Origin: an uncultured Methanosarcinales archaeon
GTDB lineage: Archaea > Nanobdellota > Nanobdellia > Woesearchaeales > UBA583
Reading direction: 5' to 3'
Assembly (NCBI GenBank): GCA_964429995.1
Contig: CAYSDY010000001.1
Span: forward strand, 157,777-221,776
Length of the DNA stretch: 64,000 nt
Both the position numbers and the translations under genes were made by a program. Positions 57,501 to 64,000 of this stretch are shown piece by piece (the first letter of the stretch is position 1; each line of letters starts with the position of its first letter). The notes under the pieces were generated by a model, which made no database searches, was not told where the DNA came from, and saw nothing but the letters and a program-made list of their open reading frames with translations.

Positions 57501-57923
57501 TCAATCAACATTTTCGTGTATTATGCTCGGACAACTTTTAGTAACTCCCTCTATTGAATTTATTTTTTCTGAAATAATGTTTAGTTCTAATATGTTTTTA
57601 ATCCATACTTCAAACATTATCATATGATCTCCTGAACATGTTTGAATATTTTTTATATTATCTATCTTCTTTAATGAATTTATTACCTTTAAATACTTTT
57701 CAGGAACAGTATCAACCCCCATAATTATTTTATTAGAATAGCCCATCTTTTTGTAATTTATAATTGTCTTGTAACCTAATATGATTTTTTCTTTTTCAAG
57801 TTTTTTGATTCTTTTTCTTACCGCTGGTTCGCTTATTCCTAACAAAAATCCCATTTTCTTTAATGGAATCTTTGCATTATTTTCCAAATTTTCAATTATT
57901 AAAACATCTTTTACATCCATCAT
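57501..57923 (-). CDS. Lrp/AsnC-family transcriptional regulator (LrpA-like)
   Basis: LGISEPAVRKRIKKLE HTH; SGDHMIM; EGVTKSCPSI. Confidence 0.9.
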   Translation of the reverse strand: MMDVKDVLIIENLENNAKIPLKKMGFLLGISEPAVRKRIKKLEKEKIILGYKTIINYKKMGYSNKIIMGVDTVPEKYLKVINSLKKIDNIKNIQTCSGDHMIMFEVWIKNILELNIISEKINSIEGVTKSCPSIIHENVD

Positions 57924-58014
57924 TACTATATTATATATTTTGCTATTTAAAAACTTTTTTGGTTATTTTTTTTAACCAAATCTTTATAAAATTAAAACCT
58001 ATAATATTAATATC

Positions 58015-58713
58015 ATGGAAAATAATAATAATAATAATGCAGATAATTCAAATGGTGTTGAAAATACTTTTAATATGCCAAGACTTGGAGAAAAAGCACC
58101 ATATTTTGAAGCAAACACTACGCATGGACCCAAAAAAATAACAGATTATAAAGGAAAATGGCTTATTCTTTTCTCTCATCCTGCAGATTTTACGCCAGTA
58201 TGTACTACAGAATTTATAGCATTTCAAAAAATAAAACCAGAACTAGACAAAAGAAATGTAGAATTATTAGGTTTAAGTATAGACAGTATTTATTCACACA
58301 TTGCTTGGGTTAATAGGATTCATGAAAAGTTTGGTGTTAAAATAGAGTTTCCAATAATTGATGATATTAGTATGAATATAGCAAAAAAATATGGAATGAT
58401 TCATCCTAATCAGTCAAGCACCTCAGCATCAAGATGCGTTTTTGTAATAGATCCAAAACTAATTGTAAGAGCAATGATTTATTACCCATTATCTACCGGA
58501 AGAAATATGAATGAAATTTTAAGGCTAATAGATGCACTGCAGACAACTGATGAACACAGTGTAGCAACACCTGCTAATTGGAAACCTTTTGATGATGTAA
58601 TCATATTTCCTGCAAATACCTCTGTTATTGCAGAAAAAAGAATTAATGATGAAAAATTAAAATGTAAAGATTGGTTTTTTTGTACAAAAAATATCAAAAC
58701 TAAAAAAGATTGA
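58015..58713 (+). CDS. Peroxiredoxin (Prx6/archaeal TPx type)
   Basis: FSHPADFTPVCTTE, GLSIDS, YYP..TGRN..EILR, TPANW, CKDWFFC; true start may be the later MPRLG. Confidence 0.93.
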   Translation: MENNNNNNADNSNGVENTFNMPRLGEKAPYFEANTTHGPKKITDYKGKWLILFSHPADFTPVCTTEFIAFQKIKPELDKRNVELLGLSIDSIYSHIAWVNRIHEKFGVKIEFPIIDDISMNIAKKYGMIHPNQSSTSASRCVFVIDPKLIVRAMIYYPLSTGRNMNEILRLIDALQTTDEHSVATPANWKPFDDVIIFPANTSVIAEKRINDEKLKCKDWFFCTKNIKTKKD

Positions 58714-58760
58714 TAAGTTAAATTTGAAAATATATTTAATTTATTTTTTAAATATTCTTC

Positions 58761-61493
58761 TTACTGATTATATCCAAGCTGACTTATAAGTGTTGTTACA
58801 TAAACCCTTGGATGCCCTTTTTGTAATAGTATATTTTGTATCTCATAAAATGAGAGCCCTTTTTCCTGAAGATCTGATATCAACTTGATTAATTGATTTT
58901 CATAACTTGACATGTTGTATACTAAACTTGATATATCACTCTGTTTTTCAAGTTGACCGAATACCTGTACTTTTAAATCCTTAACTGTTTTGCAAAGTTC
59001 TGTATAATGAGGAAGAATTGTGTTTTTTATATTGTAAAATTCATCTCTTATTGTCTGTATCTCATTTTTCTTAAAATCAAGCTTTGCTTCATGTTTTTTT
59101 AATTCATCAACCTGAGATGTCAAAACCTGATTAACTTCTTTTATAAGGTCTTCTACTTCTTCAACTATTATACTTTTAAGAGAACTAAACTTTCCATCAT
59201 AGTCTAAAAATCTTTTATTAAAATGCTTTTCAAGGTTAATTAATCTTTCTTCAACCTTTTGATGCATACTTTCTGATTGATGTTTAGCTTCTGCTTGAAA
59301 ATGATTTTGAAGATCATCTAAAATGTCTATTTTCTTATCTATTTCTCCTTCTTTAGATATCAATTTATCTTCAAATATTTTCATAAATTCTAACTCTGCA
59401 TCAACTTTTTCTTTTACAACTGATATGTTTTTGTCTATGAATTTTACTTCTATCTCATGAATCCTTCTGTTAAATAAATCTTCAAGATTTTTTACTTTTT
59501 CCTGAAACTTTATTTTAAAAGAATTTTCATTCTGTGAAAACATTTCCTGCTGACTTGTTAATTGATTAAATATTTGTCCTTTTAATCCGTCAGAGTATTG
59601 TGTCAGGTCTGTTTTTTTTGCTTCTAATATGGTATTTAAGTTATCCAAAAACTTATTTTTCTCATTTTCAAAATTATCGTGAGCTGATTTTAAGGTTTTT
59701 AACTCAGAATCTAATTTTTGTATGTATTCTTTTGTTAGTGCTGATACCTGCTGTTTGTATTGATTTAATTCTATTACCAGTGCTTCTTTTTCGTTTAGAA
59801 GTTTTTTTATTGTGTTTTCAAAATCTAATTCTTTTGATTTTATAAATTTTTCAAATGATGATTTTTCAAGCTTGAAATCTTTTTCAAGTTGTTCGTTTAG
59901 CTTTAAGAATTTTCCCTGTATGTTAAGATCTATTTCATTGAATGTATCATTAGATTTTTTTTCAATAGATAGTAAAAAATTTGATATCTTTACAAGCTCT
60001 TGAGACATCCTATCCTTTATTTCCTGTTCAAAACCTGCTTTTATAGATTGAAGTAGAACGTTTATATCCTTTTTGTGCTCTACAAATTTTAATTTGTTTT
60101 CCTCTGTAAGATTGTTAAAATTTTCTATGAGTTCATTGGTTTTTTGTACTATAAACTCTCTTTCAATTTCTTTTTCGTTTATCAAATCTTTTAGCTTTAA
60201 TGTGTATTCATTCTTAAAATCTTGATTATTTTTCTTAATTTCACCTATCTGAGTATTTGATATGTCCAAAATCTGTTTTTCAAGTTTCTTGTTACCTGTA
60301 ACAAGTTCGCTAAATTCTTTTTTTATTTCAGATGAAAAATTTGACTTTAAATCAGAAAACTGTTTTTGTATATTGTTGTAATCTGATTTGTATATACTTT
60401 CAAGTTTTTTGATTTCTAAAATATATTTATGCTCAAGTTCTTTTATATCTTTTGAAATTTCTTGCTGATTCTTGGATAAATATTTTGATAACTCTTCTTC
60501 TGTTTTCTTTTTTATTCTATTTAAGGTTTCGCTATCAATCTTGTCAAGATTCTGCTTGGTTGCAACTAATTCATTTCTTAACTTTAAAAGTTCATCTTCT
60601 GTTTTTTTGGTAAGTGTTTTTAGTGTTTCCTTTTCTAGTTTATCAAGACCCTGTTTGGTTATACTTAATTCATCTTTTAACTTTAAAAGTTCATCTTCTG
60701 CTTTTTTCTTTAAATTTTTTAGTGTTTCTTTTTCTAGCTTGTCAAGACTCTGTTTGGTTGCACTTAATTCATTTTTAAGTTCTAAAAGTTGCTTTGTATC
60801 TGCTTGTTTTGAATCTTTTCTTAATTGTTTAAATTCATCTTCTAAATTGTATATTTTTTGTGTGTAAGAATCAATTTTTTGATAAACTTCACTATTTTTT
60901 ATGTTTTCTTTTTCAAGTAATTTTGAATTGCCCTCTTTTATTAGCTGTCTTATCTCTGATAATTGCTCTGGAGTTAAAATCTCTTTTTTAGATGCTCTTA
61001 TACTTTTTAAGTCTTCACTTAATTTTTGAGTAAAATTTTTTGATTCTACCATCTTTGATTCAAGATAAGACATCTGTTTTGTAAAATCTTTTTTGTTCTG
61101 ACTTAAATGATAATCTGTTTCAGATTTTATTTTATTTGTTTCCTTATTTACGAGTTCTTCTATATCGCTATAAACGTATTTTCTTATACTTGATATATTG
61201 TATTTGTCAAGTAATGGTTCTATTTCTTTTAATACAAGTTCTTTTATTTTTTTTTTCTCATCAATTGATGCTAATGGGTCAGAAATTTTTTCAACTCTTT
61301 GTTTTATACTTAAAATGCTCTCTTGTAATGCATTTTTAGAATCATTTATTCTTCCTATCTGAGTTTTAAGATCTTCAATTAATGTCATACTGCTCTTTAA
61401 TAAAACATCATCCTCTTTTTTCATGCTTTCATTTGTTTTTTCAGCATCTTTTTTAGGAGTTTTATCTGCTTTTGAAACACTTTTTTTATTCAT
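58761..61493 (-). CDS. Long coiled-coil protein (910 aa)
   Basis: K/E/L-rich throughout, no ATPase motifs; short C-terminal GLSFYEIQNILLQKGHP motif. Confidence 0.8.
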   Translation of the reverse strand: MNKKSVSKADKTPKKDAEKTNESMKKEDDVLLKSSMTLIEDLKTQIGRINDSKNALQESILSIKQRVEKISDPLASIDEKKKIKELVLKEIEPLLDKYNISSIRKYVYSDIEELVNKETNKIKSETDYHLSQNKKDFTKQMSYLESKMVESKNFTQKLSEDLKSIRASKKEILTPEQLSEIRQLIKEGNSKLLEKENIKNSEVYQKIDSYTQKIYNLEDEFKQLRKDSKQADTKQLLELKNELSATKQSLDKLEKETLKNLKKKAEDELLKLKDELSITKQGLDKLEKETLKTLTKKTEDELLKLRNELVATKQNLDKIDSETLNRIKKKTEEELSKYLSKNQQEISKDIKELEHKYILEIKKLESIYKSDYNNIQKQFSDLKSNFSSEIKKEFSELVTGNKKLEKQILDISNTQIGEIKKNNQDFKNEYTLKLKDLINEKEIEREFIVQKTNELIENFNNLTEENKLKFVEHKKDINVLLQSIKAGFEQEIKDRMSQELVKISNFLLSIEKKSNDTFNEIDLNIQGKFLKLNEQLEKDFKLEKSSFEKFIKSKELDFENTIKKLLNEKEALVIELNQYKQQVSALTKEYIQKLDSELKTLKSAHDNFENEKNKFLDNLNTILEAKKTDLTQYSDGLKGQIFNQLTSQQEMFSQNENSFKIKFQEKVKNLEDLFNRRIHEIEVKFIDKNISVVKEKVDAELEFMKIFEDKLISKEGEIDKKIDILDDLQNHFQAEAKHQSESMHQKVEERLINLEKHFNKRFLDYDGKFSSLKSIIVEEVEDLIKEVNQVLTSQVDELKKHEAKLDFKKNEIQTIRDEFYNIKNTILPHYTELCKTVKDLKVQVFGQLEKQSDISSLVYNMSSYENQLIKLISDLQEKGLSFYEIQNILLQKGHPRVYVTTLISQLGYNQ
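60492..60788 (-). repeat. Three tandem 99-bp (33-aa) intragenic repeats
   Basis: LLELKNELSATKQSLDKLEKETLKNLKKKAEDE / LLKLKDELSITKQGLDKLEKETLKTLTKKTEDE / LLKLRNELVATKQNLDKIDSETLNRIKKKTEEE. Confidence 0.9.
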
Positions 61494-61798
61494 ACTATTT
61501 TTAGTACCATATTATAATATATGCATTATTAATTATTTTTAAATAGTTAAATGTTTTAAGTATTGAATAATAGTGTTTAAATTTGGTTTTATAATGTTGA
61601 AAAAGGTTGATGGATTCAAAGGAAATGATGTTGAATACAAAATTAAGAAAATAATTATAATTTAAAACTTTAAGAACATCTTTATATTTTTTATTTTTAT
61701 AATGCCAAAATTCTTCTGGACAATCTGTTTTGTCTAAATGAAATATTAATTTTTCTAAATATATGATTATCGAAAATATTTAAATCAAAAAAACGATA

Positions 61799-61881
61799 TG
61801 AGAGGGAAGGGATTCGAACCCTCGAACCTTACGGACTGGAGCCTAAATCCAGCACCTTTGACCGGACTTGGTAACCCTCTC
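61799..61881 (-). tRNA. tRNA-Leu(TAG), long variable arm, CCA not encoded
   Basis: Reverse complement GAGAGGG/CCCTCTC-A; anticodon arm CTGGA-TT-TAG-GC-TCCAG; GTTCGAATCC. Confidence 0.95.
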
Positions 61882-61933
61882 TTGTTAGAATTACCTGATA
61901 AATTTGTTAAGATGTTTCTATTTAAAAGGCTTT

Positions 61934-64000
61934 CTAATTTATATTGAAATCTTCTGAGTCACATTCTTCTGTAAAATGTATGTAAAATGGAATATTTTCC
62001 TCTTTTGTTGTGGTTTTATCACCATCTTTTAAATCTATCTTGTAAAACAATGTTGCAGATTGCTTACCAATCATCTTACTTATATCATCATCAGTTATAT
62101 CCAATGTTATTTTGTCTATTATTTGTTGATTATTTCCATCATAAATCTGTTTGCTTATTGTTTGCTGTTTAAATATTTCTGTTGAATATTGTTTTAATTT
62201 TATATTTAATATAAGATTACTTGAACCTTCTAATTCGGCTGAAGAGTATAATATTGAGCCTATATTAAATGTTTTTTTGTTTTTACTTATACAGATTGCT
62301 GAGGAGTCTTTTGGATATAAAAAGTCAAATGTTTGTTTTTTTACATCTGTTTTGGCACTCACTGTAAAGGTTGTTTTAAATGTATCTTTGGATTTGAGGT
62401 TTTTGCTTGTTTGAATATTTTCGCCAAAAGGATCGTAATTCTCAAAATCTTCTGATAATAATGCTGTTGTTCCTTTTCCTTCTGGTAGAAGTCTTACTAT
62501 AAGTTCACATGTTCCTTCTTGTAAACCAGCAAAGCTTTCAGACCCAGAATCAACTTCATAATCTTGTTTTGAAAATGAAAGTATTTCTTCTTTATCTTCT
62601 TTTTTATATACTATTGATATTGCAAGATTTGTTGGCTTTGATTTTAGCTTTATCTCAAAAGATTTATCTTTTAATTCAGAATCATCCTGTTTGATGATTA
62701 TATCAAAAACATTATCCCCTTCAGATATCTTTCCTACTTCTTTGTATAAAACTGTTTGTTCATTACTTAAACCTTGTATTTGGAACAAATCCCCTAAATC
62801 TGTTTTTGTATCTATTGATATATGTTCTTGTGTCTCTTTATCATTTGAATAAAAACTTATTTTTATGTTGTTAGCTGTTTTTAATTCTTCTATTATTTCT
62901 TGTGTAAATTTTAAACTGTATGTTGAGTATTGTGTGTTTTCTGCTTTTCCAATGTCAGGAATTTCAAATAATTTTACAACTGTGTTTATGTATGAATCAG
63001 ACACGCTTATACTTTTTGATTCTTTTTTTATTGATTTTGAATCCTTAAGTCCCTTACATATTGCCATGTATGCAAGATCTGCTGATGATGAATATTCTTT
63101 TATTGCTGTTCCTGAAACGAACATGCTAATTGTATTTCCCTTGTAAAATACTTTGTTTTTTTGAGGAATAATGTAACTTTTTGTGCTGTCTATAGAATAA
63201 ATTCCATCTGCCTGTTCATCAAATAAAACATCACATTTTATGCCTGCACCTTCACCTAAAACACCTGCTGAAAAATAACAACTTGCAAGCATGAATTCTC
63301 CTTTGTGTGTTATTGGTTCTTCATATACCTTAGTTATTTCTTCTCCTTTGATTGCGTATTTATGTATTATTCTTACAACATTATATCTAAATTTTGCATT
63401 GGTATCATGTATTACAATAAGATCCTGCTTTGAACCATCTTTTGCTATGTACTGTTTGCCTATCTTAAATGAGGATCCTATCTCTTTGTAGTTATATATT
63501 CCTGATGGACAATGTTCTCCACCTTTTGCTGTTGAATCACAGATTAGTTCTATCTCTGAACTTATTCTTTGACCACCAGAAACTCCAGCATATGTTAGCC
63601 TGTACATAATCGATGCTTCTCCTGTTAAAGGGTTGTATCCTTCATAACGTGAAATTGGCATCATAGGACCAAATATAGGTTCTACTTCGTTTTCATTTAT
63701 GCTTGATAAAATATTTTCTGTAAATATACTCCAATCACCACTTATTGCCCCAAGACATGCCTTGTTTACAATTTGCTGTGTTCCTAGCCCTGATTGTGAA
63801 TAAAATGTTCCTTTATATCTCTCGTTTAGTATTCTATCACCATCTGATGCACCTTTTAATGCATCCATAAAGCCAACTTCATGTGGATCGTTGTCATCTG
63901 TTCCTGTCCTATCGTTTGTTTTTTGACCTAGTGTTTTAAACATTATGTTTGTTGCAATATCACATACGGCAACTCCTATAAGCCTTTCACAATATGATCC
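61934..64000 (-). CDS. C-terminal part of a large hypothetical (probably extracellular) protein
   Basis: >669-aa beta-rich ORF with Cys pairs; frame appears to continue to the window edge. Confidence 0.72.
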   Translation of the reverse strand, partial: GSYCERLIGVAVCDIATNIMFKTLGQKTNDRTGTDDNDPHEVGFMDALKGASDGDRILNERYKGTFYSQSGLGTQQIVNKACLGAISGDWSIFTENILSSINENEVEPIFGPMMPISRYEGYNPLTGEASIMYRLTYAGVSGGQRISSEIELICDSTAKGGEHCPSGIYNYKEIGSSFKIGKQYIAKDGSKQDLIVIHDTNAKFRYNVVRIIHKYAIKGEEITKVYEEPITHKGEFMLASCYFSAGVLGEGAGIKCDVLFDEQADGIYSIDSTKSYIIPQKNKVFYKGNTISMFVSGTAIKEYSSSADLAYMAICKGLKDSKSIKKESKSISVSDSYINTVVKLFEIPDIGKAENTQYSTYSLKFTQEIIEELKTANNIKISFYSNDKETQEHISIDTKTDLGDLFQIQGLSNEQTVLYKEVGKISEGDNVFDIIIKQDDSELKDKSFEIKLKSKPTNLAISIVYKKEDKEEILSFSKQDYEVDSGSESFAGLQEGTCELIVRLLPEGKGTTALLSEDFENYDPFGENIQTSKNLKSKDTFKTTFTVSAKTDVKKQTFDFLYPKDSSAICISKNKKTFNIGSILYSSAELEGSSNLILNIKLKQYSTEIFKQQTISKQIYDGNNQQIIDKITLDITDDDISKMIGKQSATLFYKIDLKDGDKTTTKEENIPFYIHFTEECDSEDFNIN

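Noticed and set aside
154..63491. Numerous 60-130 aa ORFs overlapping assigned genes on the opposite strand (e.g. 154-477, 25806-26141, 41410-41781, 60472-60867)
   Set aside because: Antisense shadows of real genes with no recognisable motifs

Overview
Very AT-rich, gene-dense core-genome segment of a DPANN archaeon, most likely Woesearchaeota/Nanobdellota (taxonomy is inferred). Archaeal informational genes (radA, PAN, Pop5, GINS, NOG1, rpl11, rps27ae, archaeal TyrRS, NreA, class III signal-peptide pilins with a Tad-like locus) are mixed with bacterial-type genes (thrS, GAD-containing aspS, gyrB, type I gap, mutL, rluA). There are three intron-less tRNAs: Gln-CTG, Thr-TGT and Leu-TAG. I see no CRISPR array, transposase or integrase. 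The strongest unexplained signal is non-coding: five co-oriented copies of an intergenic MITE-like element (37-243 bp) with GAGA...AAAAAAC terminal inverted repeats and nested hairpins. Four copies are flanked by a TATT duplication, and three abut a TAA stop codon. Several other intergenic regions fold by eye into structures with plus-strand G-U pairs, the best being upstream of radA. All calls come from motif recognition by eye; no database searches or folding programs were run.
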